64,000 nucleotides of DNA. Source: a virus. Positions 1 through 9,079 of the stretch are shown one piece after another (within the stretch, counting starts at the first letter, position 1; each line of letters opens with the position of its first letter). Below the pieces are notes generated by a model. The model searched no databases. It was not told where the DNA came from and saw only the letters and a program-made list of their open reading frames with translations. The stretch spans positions 50,085 to 114,084 of the IMG/VR virus record IMGVR_UViG_3300036795_000133. One strand, given 5' to 3'. Made by a program: the position numbers and the translations under genes.

Positions 1-405
1 CCCAGCGAGCGGCGCGGCTTCCGGGGACATCACCTCTTTTTGCAGCCACTGGTAGAAGAGGGCGCGGGCCCGCGGCGGCACGGCGAGGATCTGTGACTTC
101 GAGGGCTTGTCGCCGCACAGGGCGGCGTAGATCTCGGCGGTGCGCTCAGCGGACTCGGTGAACTCCGCCGCCCCGTCCCCTGCGATGTCGCCGAGCGCCT
201 CCGCGACCTGCTGCGGGTCGTTCATGTCGACCTCGCCCGCGCGCCCCGCCTTGTCGCGGGCCTCCTGCAGCACCTGCCTCATAGCGGCGATGAACGCCCC
301 CACCTGCGCGTCGGTGGGTTCGGGGATGACCTCGTCGAAGTCGGCGTAGGGCCGGAGCTTGCACTCCAGCGCCTCCACGATGCCCGATGCATCGAACTGC
401 GGCAT
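1..405 (-). CDS. Tail assembly chaperone candidate, truncated at window edge
   Basis: Read by hand: ATG at 405 with RBS AGGAAGGA, MPQFDASGIVEALECKLRPYADFDEVIPEPTDAQVGAF...LFYQWLQKEVMSPEAAPLAG, open to base 1. Lies downstream of the major tail gene. Confidence 0.6.
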   Translation of the reverse strand, partial: MPQFDASGIVEALECKLRPYADFDEVIPEPTDAQVGAFIAAMRQVLQEARDKAGRAGEVDMNDPQQVAEALGDIAGDGAAEFTESAERTAEIYAALCGDKPSKSQILAVPPRARALFYQWLQKEVMSPEAAPLAG

Positions 406-448
406 CCGATGTCCTTCCTGCTAGCTGACGGCTAGCAGGCGGACGCCG

Positions 449-1123
449 CTAGCCAGGGGTTGAGGTGTTCTCCAGGCGGCGGAATCGCCGGTGGAGTGTC
501 GTGCGGTGGACTCCGGCCGCCAGAGCAAGCTCGGCGACGGGGCGACCACTGAGGTGGAGGCCGTGCAAGACGGCCACCGTCTCGTCGGAGAGCTTTGTGC
601 TGTCGCCGCGAAGCACGTTCTCGCGGTTGGTGACGGGCTCAAGGTGCGACAGGTAGTTGACGCAGTTGCGCATCGTGCAGCCGCGAGTCCTGACGTGGTC
701 AAGGTGCAGCCCCGGAGGAACGGGGCGCACGAACCTCTCGTATCCCCAGATGTGGGCCATGCCGACGGCCTCGCCGTCCCAGAAGTGCCCGTAGCCCTCA
801 TCGTTGACGGACCCAGTCCACGGCCAGCACTCGCCGTCTCCGCGGCGGTCGACGTAGAACCACCAGCGCGCTTCTTCCCCTTGCCCGCGGAGGCGCCGGA
901 GAGCCAGCGGCTCGCCGTTGCGGTCCTTGCGCTTGCGGTGCTTGTCGCACAAGCCGTTGGCGGCACGGGGATTGTCGCACCCGTCGATGGTGCAGGTGCG
1001 CTTCGGGCGGCCCGGTTTGCGCGATTCAAGCGGGTCGCCGTACTTGCGCCAGCGCCGGTAATGGCTGATGCAGAAACCCTTGCTGTAGTGAGGGTTTTCG
1101 CACTCTTGCACGGAGCATCCCAT
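449..1123 (-). CDS. Free-standing HNH endonuclease with two N-terminal Cys/His repeats and a C-terminal HTH
   Basis: ECWPWTG..NDEGYG, LHLDHV..C..RNCVN..HLEPVTNRENVLRG; repeats CSVQEC..KGFCISHY and CTIDGC..NGLCDKH. Confidence 0.9.
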   Translation of the reverse strand: MGCSVQECENPHYSKGFCISHYRRWRKYGDPLESRKPGRPKRTCTIDGCDNPRAANGLCDKHRKRKDRNGEPLALRRLRGQGEEARWWFYVDRRGDGECWPWTGSVNDEGYGHFWDGEAVGMAHIWGYERFVRPVPPGLHLDHVRTRGCTMRNCVNYLSHLEPVTNRENVLRGDSTKLSDETVAVLHGLHLSGRPVAELALAAGVHRTTLHRRFRRLENTSTPG

Positions 1124-1153
1124 GCAAGAGATTCTATCAAGTTTTTCATGGAC

Positions 1154-1756
1154 TTAACTGGTCGCCACGCTCGTCAAATATGTCCACGTAATGGAGTTGA
1201 ACGGGCACACAGAGTTAAGAGTGAGCGGGTAGACGCGCTGCTGCGCGGCCCTGCGGTAGGCGGTCTGCACCTGGCCGGCGGAGATCATGTTCGGCACCTG
1301 GAGGACGCCCGCGTACCCGAACGCGTTCTTGCCGACGATGGCCGCCGCGACGTTGGTGAAGTTCGTCGACAGGGTGAGCACCGACTTGCCGGGCTGCCCG
1401 GCCCCGGCGGCGGTGACGGCGATCGACCCCGCGTTGCCCCAGGCGAGGTTGACGTTGGCCAGCGTCTCCTCGGACATGTTGCAGGTGAACGTGAGGGTCG
1501 CCGTGGTGATCGCGACGCCGACCGGGGTCGGCTGCTCCTCGACCATGATGTTCTGCGTTGTCGGGGCGAAGGTGCTGGTCACTCCGTCGAGCAGCGCCCC
1601 GACGTACGCCCAGCCGAGGCCGGTCCAGGCGGAGCCGACGCCCAGGTTCGCGTCGGACGGGACCGAGGTCCCCACGGCGGCGGTGAACAGGATTCCCGTC
1701 CCGTAGATGACGTTCCCGGACGTGTAGCCCGGCGGGGAGTAAGTCAGGGTGGGCAT
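1154..1756 (-). CDS. Major tail protein
   Basis: 200 aa, beta-rich, GNVIYGTGILF..GWAYVGALLDGVTSTFAPTTQNIMVEEQPTPV. Position between tail terminator and chaperone. Confidence 0.8.
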   Translation of the reverse strand: MPTLTYSPPGYTSGNVIYGTGILFTAAVGTSVPSDANLGVGSAWTGLGWAYVGALLDGVTSTFAPTTQNIMVEEQPTPVGVAITTATLTFTCNMSEETLANVNLAWGNAGSIAVTAAGAGQPGKSVLTLSTNFTNVAAAIVGKNAFGYAGVLQVPNMISAGQVQTAYRRAAQQRVYPLTLNSVCPFNSITWTYLTSVATS

Positions 1757-1757
1757 A

Positions 1758-2090
1758 TCAGGAGGCCTCCTCGATCTTCACGCCCGCGTCGGCTGCCGCG
1801 GTCATCAGCGCTCCCACGGCGCGCTCGGGCACAGGTGCGGGGTCGTTGCCCACGGTGATGCCGCCGTGGGTGAAGGACGTGTGCGGCAGCAGGACGCGGA
1901 GCATCGTCTTGGCCCCGGCCGTCATCTCCGCCCGGATCTTCGCCAGCTCGTCCTCAAGCTCGGCTGCGCGCGAGGACAGGTCATGCGGTGCCGCGGTCGG
2001 CTGCGGCGGTGTAACTTCGGGGAAGTCCGGTGCCGGGGCCGCACCCGGCGCCGGGGCCTGGACCGGGCTCTCCGGCACGTCGGGCGTCAT
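1758..2090 (-). CDS. Hypothetical protein, Pro/Ala-rich N-terminus
   Basis: MTPDVPESPVQAP...; ATG at 2090 overlaps the upstream stop (ATGA coupling). Confidence 0.6.
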   Translation of the reverse strand: MTPDVPESPVQAPAPGAAPAPDFPEVTPPQPTAAPHDLSSRAAELEDELAKIRAEMTAGAKTMLRVLLPHTSFTHGGITVGNDPAPVPERAVGALMTAAADAGVKIEEAS

Positions 2091-2593
2091 CAGGGCACCT
2101 GCGGGGTGAGCTGGTAGAGGCGCACGGCCAGCGTGGTCGTGACGTTGAAGTCGATGCAGCAGTAGCCGACGCCGCTCGGTGACGTCGCGTTGATCTGCCC
2201 GCCCGGTGCCGCGCCGCCGTTGCCGGTGGCGAACTGCGCGCCGTCGGTCTGCGTGAACTGCTGCACCGACCACGGCCCCAGCCAGCCGACCCCGGTGGCG
2301 GGGATAGTCGTGGTGTACGTGCCGAACGGCTGCACCTGGCCGCCGGCCTTCTGGCCGATCAGGTGGTAGGCGGGCGTTGTCGTGGCGCCCGTCCACCAGA
2401 CCAGGATCAGGGTCCCGTTGTTGACGAACTGGACGCCCGACTGGGTGCCGGGCCACGCTGTCGCCCACCCGGTCCCGGTTCCCGCCGCGTCCACTCCGGC
2501 CACCGAGTACGCGCCGAACGTCGCGGAGGTGGCCGCCAGGGAGCTGGCGTTAAAGCTGACGGGTTGCATGGTGACCCGCGTGGTCGCTGTCAT
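2090..2593 (-). CDS. Putative virion structural protein
   Basis: 167 aa, Thr/Gly/Trp-rich beta protein coupled within the tail operon. Confidence 0.55.
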   Translation of the reverse strand: MTATTRVTMQPVSFNASSLAATSATFGAYSVAGVDAAGTGTGWATAWPGTQSGVQFVNNGTLILVWWTGATTTPAYHLIGQKAGGQVQPFGTYTTTIPATGVGWLGPWSVQQFTQTDGAQFATGNGGAAPGGQINATSPSGVGYCCIDFNVTTTLAVRLYQLTPQVP

Positions 2594-3028
2594 CTAGCCC
2601 GCTCCTGTCGTGAATATGTAGTTGCAGACCAGCTCGAAGCGCCGGTCGTTCGGGTCCAGGGGCAGCGCGGAGGGAGGGGGCCCGAGGCGCTGCACGTTGA
2701 GCACGTGGATCCCGTCGACCCGCACCGGGTGCGGGCCGTTGAGGATCGTCCAGTCCAGGAGCTGCGCCGCCGCCTCTGCGCCGAGCGGGTCGTCGGCGGA
2801 GCCCCTCAGCCGCGACTGGAACGACCAGGCATCCGCCGCGCCCTCGTCAGTGACGTAGCCGGGGCCGCCCGTCGGGGTGAGGAACACCGCCTGGTCGGGC
2901 TCGTTGAGGATCTCCGGGCCGGGGTAGAGCGGGTAGCCGCTTTCCTGCGTGCCGTCCCAGCCGGCGGTGGTCAGCCAGTCCATAACGAGCTGCGCGCGGG
3001 GGACGGTAATGAGGGCCGGGGTGGTCAT
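2594..3028 (-). CDS. Tail terminator / head-tail joining protein
   Basis: 144 aa, PDQAVFLTPTGGPG..WSFQSRLRG..DPNDRRFELVCNY; synteny. Confidence 0.7.
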   Translation of the reverse strand: MTTPALITVPRAQLVMDWLTTAGWDGTQESGYPLYPGPEILNEPDQAVFLTPTGGPGYVTDEGAADAWSFQSRLRGSADDPLGAEAAAQLLDWTILNGPHPVRVDGIHVLNVQRLGPPPSALPLDPNDRRFELVCNYIFTTGAG

Positions 3029-3571
3029 CCGCGCCTCCGGCCGCGCCAGCCTGAGCCGAGCGGGGGATGCCCTGCCTGGCCGCGCGGGTTATAGCGCCAG
3101 TACAGCCACCCCTTCAACCGGGCCGGCAGGAACGGGTACAGGAGCCGCGACTGGGCGCGGAGCTGCGCCTCCGTCAGCCTCTCGACCTCCGGTGGCCGGT
3201 CGTAGATGGTCGCCCCGCCGAGCGTGACGGACGGGTGCCCGGAGCGGCGCAGGTGGTTGAACTCCCACGGCGCGTGGAACTTCACCTGGTCGCTCAGGTT
3301 CTCCATTGACTGCGCCATAGCGGCACGGCCTCCGTCGGTCAGCACCGTCCGCGCGTAGAGCGTCAGGTACCTTGCGTATTGGGCAAAGAGAGGCTGCTCA
3401 AGGAATTTTGCTTGACCCCCGCGAGGATGCATGAGGTCGAGCCCTTCATGCTGGTAAGTAATGGGCATAGACCAGAATTAACTGGTCTACGATCAATCGG
3501 CCGGTCATGTCACCAGGCATGCCGGTCATCTTGCGCAGTTCGTCAATGCGCGCTTGAAACGTAGAAGCCAC
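3025..3571 (-). pseudogene. Head-tail connector gene split by a 4-nt duplication
   Basis: GTG at 3571 (RBS GGAAAGGAG) gives MASTFQARIDELRKMTG..VDQLILVYAHYLPA* ending at 3446. A second frame continues YQHEGLDLMHPRGGQAKFLEQPL. Removing one TTAC copy fuses the two frames. Confidence 0.7.
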
Positions 3572-3593
3572 GGGCACCACCTCCTTTCCCTGG

Positions 3594-4154
3594 TCAGCCC
3601 TGGTACAGGGGTCCGCCTGAGTCGGCCCAATTCATGCCCATGGGTGCCCACTGGCCGAGTGGCACGTCTGGTTCCAGCGTCCCTGTGCGAGGATCCAGCC
3701 TCGTATTGCTATTGGCGCCGGTGAAGATATTAGGAATGCGATTAATGACCGCGCCGCCCTCATTCACGCCCATCTCAGGGGCCGGGGCCACGTCGAGGAG
3801 GATGTCGCCGGTGCGGACCGCGTTGAGCATCTGCATCGCATTCGCGTAGGCGATATAAATGGGCGATTGGGGTTCTATAACTTTGTACTTGCCGTAGGTC
3901 TTGGCCGCCCAGAAGCAGGCGAGATCAAGGGTCAGGTCGTGGAGGATGGCGGGCGGCGTCGCCTGCGGGGTGGAGCTGTCGTAGACGTTGCCGGCAAACA
4001 CCGACACGCGGTTGCTCGCCGAGTACAGGGCAAGCTCAAGCTGCGCGTCGGTCAGCTGCGCCGCTGTGCCCGTGCCGGAGTCGGTGCCTGACATGACGTT
4101 CCGGAGGTCGGCTACCGAGGCGTAGAGGGTGCCGCTGGCGACGGGCGTGGTCAT
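3594..4154 (-). CDS. Head-to-tail adaptor (Mu gp36/DUF1320-like)
   Basis: YASVADLR..LELALYSASNRVSVF..PPAILHDLTLDLACFW..AYANAMQMLNAVRTGDILLD. Confidence 0.75.
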   Translation of the reverse strand: MTTPVASGTLYASVADLRNVMSGTDSGTGTAAQLTDAQLELALYSASNRVSVFAGNVYDSSTPQATPPAILHDLTLDLACFWAAKTYGKYKVIEPQSPIYIAYANAMQMLNAVRTGDILLDVAPAPEMGVNEGGAVINRIPNIFTGANSNTRLDPRTGTLEPDVPLGQWAPMGMNWADSGGPLYQG

Positions 4155-4414
4155 GCGCTCACCGCATTGACTGCGAGTGCCGCCGGGTCCAGTCCGGCAA
4201 GGAGGGTTAGCTGCTCATCCCGTGGCAGCGAGTCCCACTGCTCGGCAGACAGGGACAGGGCGGACAGGGTGTACGCGCGCACGGCCCTGACGCGGTCGCC
4301 CAGCCGCATGGTCGCCTTGCATGCCTCGCACGGGCCGGTGCGGCTGCACGTCTCATCGCCGCGCGCGCAAGGCGGGCAGTCGCAGCGCCCCGTGATCATC
4401 GCCAGAGTGCTCAC
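4151..4414 (-). CDS. Small Cys-rich hypothetical protein
   Basis: GTG at 4414, CDCPPC..C..C motifs, GTGA overlap. Confidence 0.5.
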   Translation of the reverse strand: MSTLAMITGRCDCPPCARGDETCSRTGPCEACKATMRLGDRVRAVRAYTLSALSLSAEQWDSLPRDEQLTLLAGLDPAALAVNAVSA

Positions 4415-4611
4415 GGCACCGCTCCGGAAAGCATCCAGGCGGCGAACGCGCCGAATCCCCACGACCACGCGGTGATGCCGCCGAGCGTGTCGCCCCCGGC
4501 TGCGAACGCCGCGAGCACGAAGAGGATCGCGCCGACGGTGAGCAGGATGCGGGACAGGGATAGCGGCGTGACGACAACGGGGCGCGGCTGCTGCTGGGAC
4601 GGGGCGGTCAC
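4411..4611 (-). CDS. Small two-TM membrane protein
   Basis: Two hydrophobic stretches in 66 aa. Confidence 0.6.
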   Translation of the reverse strand: MTAPSQQQPRPVVVTPLSLSRILLTVGAILFVLAAFAAGGDTLGGITAWSWGFGAFAAWMLSGAVP

Positions 4612-4925
4612 GCTTCACCGCCCTTGTCGTCGGTCTTCGGCGCGGCGGTCTTGGTGTCCGGTGCCTTCACCGGGGCGACGGGCTTGGGCGGGGCGGCCGG
4701 GGACTCCACCTGCTGCGGCTTCTCCGCCGGCGCTTCCTTCGCCTGCGGCTCTGCCGGCGGCAGCGCGGAGGTGGGGCCGAGCGGGACGAGCCGGTCGCGG
4801 CCGATGGCGGCTTCTAGCGCACCGCCCGGCGTCACGTCGATGGCCTGGCCGCGGGCTAGCCGCGTGGAAACCCCGTCCCACGTGAAGACGGTGTCCTGCG
4901 TGACGGTCCTCGGGTTCCCGGCCAT
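4608..4925 (-). CDS. Putative virion accessory protein
   Basis: MAGNPRTVTQDTVFTWDG..RGQAIDVTPGGALEAAIG; paralogous to 4937-5161. Confidence 0.6.
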   Translation of the reverse strand: MAGNPRTVTQDTVFTWDGVSTRLARGQAIDVTPGGALEAAIGRDRLVPLGPTSALPPAEPQAKEAPAEKPQQVESPAAPPKPVAPVKAPDTKTAAPKTDDKGGEA

Positions 4926-4936
4926 AAGTCGCCCCC

Positions 4937-5161
4937 TCAGTTGCTCTGCGCGGCGCGCGAGAGGTCGTCGCCTTGGCCGCGCGAGGCCACGGGGATGACG
5001 GCGGACAGGTTGGCGTTTCCGTAGGCGGCCTCGAGCGGCGAGCCGGGCTCGATGTCGACGACCGTCCCGTGGCGGGTGAACGTGGCCCGCTCCGCCCCGT
5101 TGGCGTGCGGATCCCACGTCACGGCGGTATCCGTGAGCACGCGGCGCGGGAACTGGCTCAA
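4937..5161 (-). CDS. Putative virion accessory protein
   Basis: TTG start overlapping upstream stop; RVLTDTAVTW..RHGTVVDIEPGSPLEAAYGNANL; ends in SN. Confidence 0.55.
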   Translation of the reverse strand: MSQFPRRVLTDTAVTWDPHANGAERATFTRHGTVVDIEPGSPLEAAYGNANLSAVIPVASRGQGDDLSRAAQSN

Positions 5162-5784
5162 TTCGAGATCCCCACGCCGAAGCCGCTGGATCCGGTTGCC
5201 GCGTGGACCGCGTAGGGAAGGGTGTTCAGCGGCGAGTACCCGTTCACGCCGGTGGGGGCGACGGTGTTGGCCGCCGCGTAGACGGGGGCGTCGGAGTGGG
5301 CCAGCACCAGGTCGATCGGGTCGAGCCACGTCCAGCACACGGTGCCGGTGTAGGTGACCGCCATGACCGACCCGGCGGGGAACGGGATGCCCTGCGAGTT
5401 CATCGTGGGCGCCTGGACGATGTTGGTCGTCAGCCCGTTGACCGTGATCGCGGAGACCGACCCGCCGCCGAGGAACACCACCGACAGGTCCCGGCCGGTG
5501 TTGTTGGTAGCGGGGACGGTGCTGGCGGGCAGCGCGATCGTGCACTCCGACCAGTACCAGACGGGGGTTGCGACGGTGTACTGCAGCGCGCAGGTGGCGC
5601 CCGCGGGGACCGTCATCATGAACGCTGTCGCTGAGGTGGCCACCGAGGCAGCGGACACCCAGTAGTTCGCCATCGTCGCGCCGTTCGCGCCGACGGACAC
5701 GTAGGCCGTGTTGGAGGTCGGGTTGGTCACGGTGTTGGTGAGCCCGGCGGAGGACGTTGCGGGGACGGCTGGCTGGATGATCAT
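5158..5784 (-). CDS. Putative head decoration/fibre protein
   Basis: 208 aa, Thr/Val-rich, two xTYT..WxW beta modules. Confidence 0.6.
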   Translation of the reverse strand: MIIQPAVPATSSAGLTNTVTNPTSNTAYVSVGANGATMANYWVSAASVATSATAFMMTVPAGATCALQYTVATPVWYWSECTIALPASTVPATNNTGRDLSVVFLGGGSVSAITVNGLTTNIVQAPTMNSQGIPFPAGSVMAVTYTGTVCWTWLDPIDLVLAHSDAPVYAAANTVAPTGVNGYSPLNTLPYAVHAATGSSGFGVGISN

Positions 5785-5793
5785 CCGGGTCTC

Positions 5794-6321
5794 CTAGTTG
5801 CTCAGGCCGTAGTGGGACACGTTGTCTTGGCCGTCGATCCACGCCCGCAGGTTCGAGCTGCCGCCGAGCGCCGCGTAGAGCTGGCCCGCAGTGTCGAGCC
5901 AGAGCGGCTGCCCGGCGAACCAGGTGAACTGCGGGATCGTCCCTGCCTGCCCTCCGGCGGGGGCTGTGGCGGACACGGCAACGGTCATGCTCGACGAACC
6001 GGAGTGCGGGAGCTGCGCGGTCGTCCACGTCCACGCCGGCGAGCCTGTGTAGGTGACCGCGATGGTGCCCCCGGTGAGGACGACAGCGGTTGCCGGGGAA
6101 GAGGTCGCGACGGTGCCGCCGTCGACCGTCACCAGCGTGACCGTGCCGCCGGTGACCGAGACCAGCACGGGGAGCGGGTTGCCGTTGGTCACCGCGGTTG
6201 TCGTCGCCGGGAACGCGGGCGTGACGACCGGGCTGTTCGCCTGGCCCTGGATGATCTCCGACCAGGTAGCAGGCCAGGGGATGGTCACGTTCGACGTGAG
6301 CACGTACCGGCCGAACGTCAT
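5794..6321 (-). CDS. Putative head decoration/fibre protein
   Basis: 175 aa, same beta module (GGTIAVTYTGSPAWTW). Confidence 0.6.
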   Translation of the reverse strand: MTFGRYVLTSNVTIPWPATWSEIIQGQANSPVVTPAFPATTTAVTNGNPLPVLVSVTGGTVTLVTVDGGTVATSSPATAVVLTGGTIAVTYTGSPAWTWTTAQLPHSGSSSMTVAVSATAPAGGQAGTIPQFTWFAGQPLWLDTAGQLYAALGGSSNLRAWIDGQDNVSHYGLSN

Positions 6322-6342
6322 GCGGTCACCTCCCCCTCGCTG

Positions 6343-6972
6343 CTAGTAGCTGGTTGCCGGGACTACCTGGACACTGGGATGCGTCGGGGCGACCTTGGCG
6401 ACGGTCACCAGCACGCCCGTGAGGTGAGTCGAGTTCAGGGCGTTCACCGGGACGCTCGTGCCGCCCGGGGTGCCGGTGACCACGACCACGTCGGAGGTTC
6501 CGGACGGGTCGACGATGAGCACCTGGTTCGCCGCGAACGCGGTACCGCCGGAGGCGAACGGCAGGGCTGTCCCGCCTGCGCTCACCCCGGAGCTGATGGC
6601 CGGCAGCGCCCACGTCCACGTCGGGGCGACCGAGTAGGTGATGCTGATCGTTCCGGCGACGGGAACGAGGTAGGTGGCCGCAGTGGTGCCCGCCTGGACG
6701 CCGTTGACGTAGACGAAGGTCAGCGTCCCGCCCGTGATAGTGACCGCAACGACCGTGCCCGTGGAGTTCGTGACCAGGTTCGTGGTCGCCGTCCCGGACG
6801 AGGGAACCGCGGGCGAGCTCACCGTGGCGGCGGTCAGCGAGAACTTCCACTCGCACCTGCCGCACCGGAACACCGTCCCGTTGAGGTCGACGAAGGGCGC
6901 AGAAAACCAGCAGCGGGGGCACCGTATTTGCGGTACCTCTACTGGCTGGACTGCCGCGCCGCTGCTAGGCAT
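6343..6972 (-). CDS. Putative virion protein, N-terminal zinc ribbon plus beta module
   Basis: CPRC..CGRC followed by GTISITYSVAPTWTW. Confidence 0.6.
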   Translation of the reverse strand: MPSSGAAVQPVEVPQIRCPRCWFSAPFVDLNGTVFRCGRCEWKFSLTAATVSSPAVPSSGTATTNLVTNSTGTVVAVTITGGTLTFVYVNGVQAGTTAATYLVPVAGTISITYSVAPTWTWALPAISSGVSAGGTALPFASGGTAFAANQVLIVDPSGTSDVVVVTGTPGGTSVPVNALNSTHLTGVLVTVAKVAPTHPSVQVVPATSY

Positions 6973-6974
6973 GG

Positions 6975-7538
6975 CTACCGTGCCCTCGCGCGGCTGCGGG
7001 ACGGGGGGAGGTCGACGGCGTCCGGCGCGGCGTCGCGGAGGTTGTCGGCCATCTCCTCCGGGCTCGCAGACATGGCGCCTTCGGTCTCCGGGGCGCGGCC
7101 GTCGTCGAGCACCTGAACGCGGGAGCTTCCCTCCGGGTCCGGGCGCGGGGCGTCGGAACCGGGCGGCGGCACAGCAGGCCGGAACAGACGGCCGGAGACG
7201 TGCCGGGGCAGCAGTCTTGGCGCTTCCCCGCGGGTACCGTCAGGACCGGATAGCTTGCGCACCACGTCGACCTGCCGGCCGTCGCGGTTGCCGTGCCGGT
7301 TGAACTGGCGGGCCTCCTCGTCGGTGAGGTAGACGGTGTCGCCGGCCATCACGAGGTCGCTGTTCCGGTCTTTGTCGCCGCGGCGGGGGACGGACAGGTT
7401 GATGAGGGCCAGGTACGGCTCGCCGATGCGTGAGGCCGGGCCGGTCCAGGCGTTCTCCCGGGTCATCAGGTCGCGGAGAACCCTTTTCTCGTCCTCGGTG
7501 AGCGGCCTGGCCTGCTCGTCGGCTGCGGCTTGCGCCAT
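6975..7538 (-). CDS. Hypothetical protein downstream of the capsid gene
   Basis: 187 aa ORF with RBS GGGAG in the head operon. Confidence 0.6.
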   Translation of the reverse strand: MAQAAADEQARPLTEDEKRVLRDLMTRENAWTGPASRIGEPYLALINLSVPRRGDKDRNSDLVMAGDTVYLTDEEARQFNRHGNRDGRQVDVVRKLSGPDGTRGEAPRLLPRHVSGRLFRPAVPPPGSDAPRPDPEGSSRVQVLDDGRAPETEGAMSASPEEMADNLRDAAPDAVDLPPSRSRARAR

Positions 7539-7569
7539 CCGTCACTCCCTGTGTTCGACTCTGTTTTCG

Positions 7570-8481
7570 TTAAACGCCGCTGAGCAGTGCGATTGCCAAC
7601 GGCTGGTCGAGCCCTACGGCACTTGATCGCTGTGTGTCACTACGCCAGACCTTTTTTGATTCTTCTCTATATAGAGGTCCGGCTATGAAGGGAAGCTCAT
7701 CGGCATAGAAGCCGGCCCGGTGCCGCTGCATGACGATCGCGTTACCTGCGGGCACCTGGCGCGAGACGAGCACGTCAAGGTTGAAGATCTTGTTCGGGAG
7801 AACCCCGGTGTACTGGAGGTTCTCCGAGGCGATGTCACCGATGTACGGCGCGGCGAAGGTGCTCGACTGCAGCAGCGTGTTCTTCGTCCCGTGGTTGATG
7901 ATCAGCGTGTCGGCTTCAAAGCCGAGCCACTGCGTCACGCCGGATGGGGAGACGATATTCGCGTTCTCAACCAGGTACACGGCCTGCGCGAGGTCCGACC
8001 GGGTCGTCGCCGAAGCCGACGCCCAGGGATTCGCGACGGCCAGCGTCTGAATTGACGCGTTGGCCACGACGGCGCTGTAGAACGCGGTGTTCCACGAGTA
8101 GACCATCGTGTTCTTGACCTGCAGCAGCTGCCGGGTCACGGGGTCGATGGCCTGCCGGCGCCGCATCTCGTCGCTGACCATGATCGCCATGGCTCGCTCG
8201 TGGCTGAACACGACCCGCGGCACGCCGATGGACGTCGGGACGACCGGGACCTCGCCGAACTCCGGCCGGATCTCCGGGAAGTCGTCGGCGTACAGCGGCG
8301 TGCTCTCCGAGTACCGCACGGCGCCGGAGGGAGCCGCCCCGCCCATCCGCAGGACGGAGTCCATGATGAACTCGTTCTGCGTGATGTCCAAAATCAAGGC
8401 GGGAATGACCAGCGGGTCCTTGAGGAGCTCGCTTACGGTAAGCCGCGGGGAATCGGAGTAACCCCGTGCGCCAGTGGGCAT
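7570..8481 (-). CDS. Major capsid protein
   Basis: 303 aa, LTVSELLKDP..EIRPEFGEVPV..DTLIINH..LDVLVSRQVPAGNAIVMQR..VGLDQPLA; follows protease/scaffold and decoration gene. Confidence 0.85.
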   Translation of the reverse strand: MPTGARGYSDSPRLTVSELLKDPLVIPALILDITQNEFIMDSVLRMGGAAPSGAVRYSESTPLYADDFPEIRPEFGEVPVVPTSIGVPRVVFSHERAMAIMVSDEMRRRQAIDPVTRQLLQVKNTMVYSWNTAFYSAVVANASIQTLAVANPWASASATTRSDLAQAVYLVENANIVSPSGVTQWLGFEADTLIINHGTKNTLLQSSTFAAPYIGDIASENLQYTGVLPNKIFNLDVLVSRQVPAGNAIVMQRHRAGFYADELPFIAGPLYREESKKVWRSDTQRSSAVGLDQPLAIALLSGV

Positions 8482-8493
8482 CTGCCGTTCCTC

Positions 8494-9048
8494 TCAGAGA
8501 ACCCGGGCCCGGCCCAGGAAGTAGACCGCCGAGCCCTGCCCGCCGATCTGCTGGGTGAGCATCGCGCTGGACACGCCGCCGGGGTTGGTGCAGCGGGCGA
8601 CGATGTTGTTGTAGGCCGGGGTGATCGTCGCGGAGGCGTTCTTCGGCGTCTGCCCGGCCCCCATCACGCACCCGGTGCAGTTCGCACCCGTGGCCGCGCC
8701 GACCACCAGCAGTTCCCCGGCGTTCGCCTGGCCGCCGTACCAGACCCAGATGTCCCAGCCGCCGGAGTAGACCGCCACGTAGTCCGTCAGGACGCTGATG
8801 TCGATCAGCGGCTGGCCGTAGCTGTTGGCCGCGCCGGTCTGGGTGAGGATCACGTTGGCGTCCGCGCCGGCGACGCCGACCACGTTGTTCGCCCCCGCTG
8901 AGGTGGTGCCGCCGACCGATACCTTCACGGTCAGGTCGGTGGTGCCCGCGGTCAGGGTGTCGGGCTCGACGAACTGGCCGCCGTAGACGAGCGCGGCGGT
9001 CTGGTAGTTCGCCGGGCCGCGGGTGTAGTGCGGCAGGACCGCGGTCAT
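8494..9048 (-). CDS. Capsid decoration/cement protein
   Basis: Between scaffold and capsid genes; VYGGQFVE..VVGVAGADA..GELLVVGA pattern. Confidence 0.65.
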   Translation of the reverse strand: MTAVLPHYTRGPANYQTAALVYGGQFVEPDTLTAGTTDLTVKVSVGGTTSAGANNVVGVAGADANVILTQTGAANSYGQPLIDISVLTDYVAVYSGGWDIWVWYGGQANAGELLVVGAATGANCTGCVMGAGQTPKNASATITPAYNNIVARCTNPGGVSSAMLTQQIGGQGSAVYFLGRARVL

Positions 9049-9079
9049 GGCGTCTCCTGGTTTCCGTTGCTCACGCGGG

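Noticed and set aside
36-42. CAAAAAG in the tail chaperone gene as a programmed -1 frameshift site
   Set aside because: Not a canonical X XXY YYZ heptamer in frame, and the downstream frame lies outside the window, so it cannot be evaluated.
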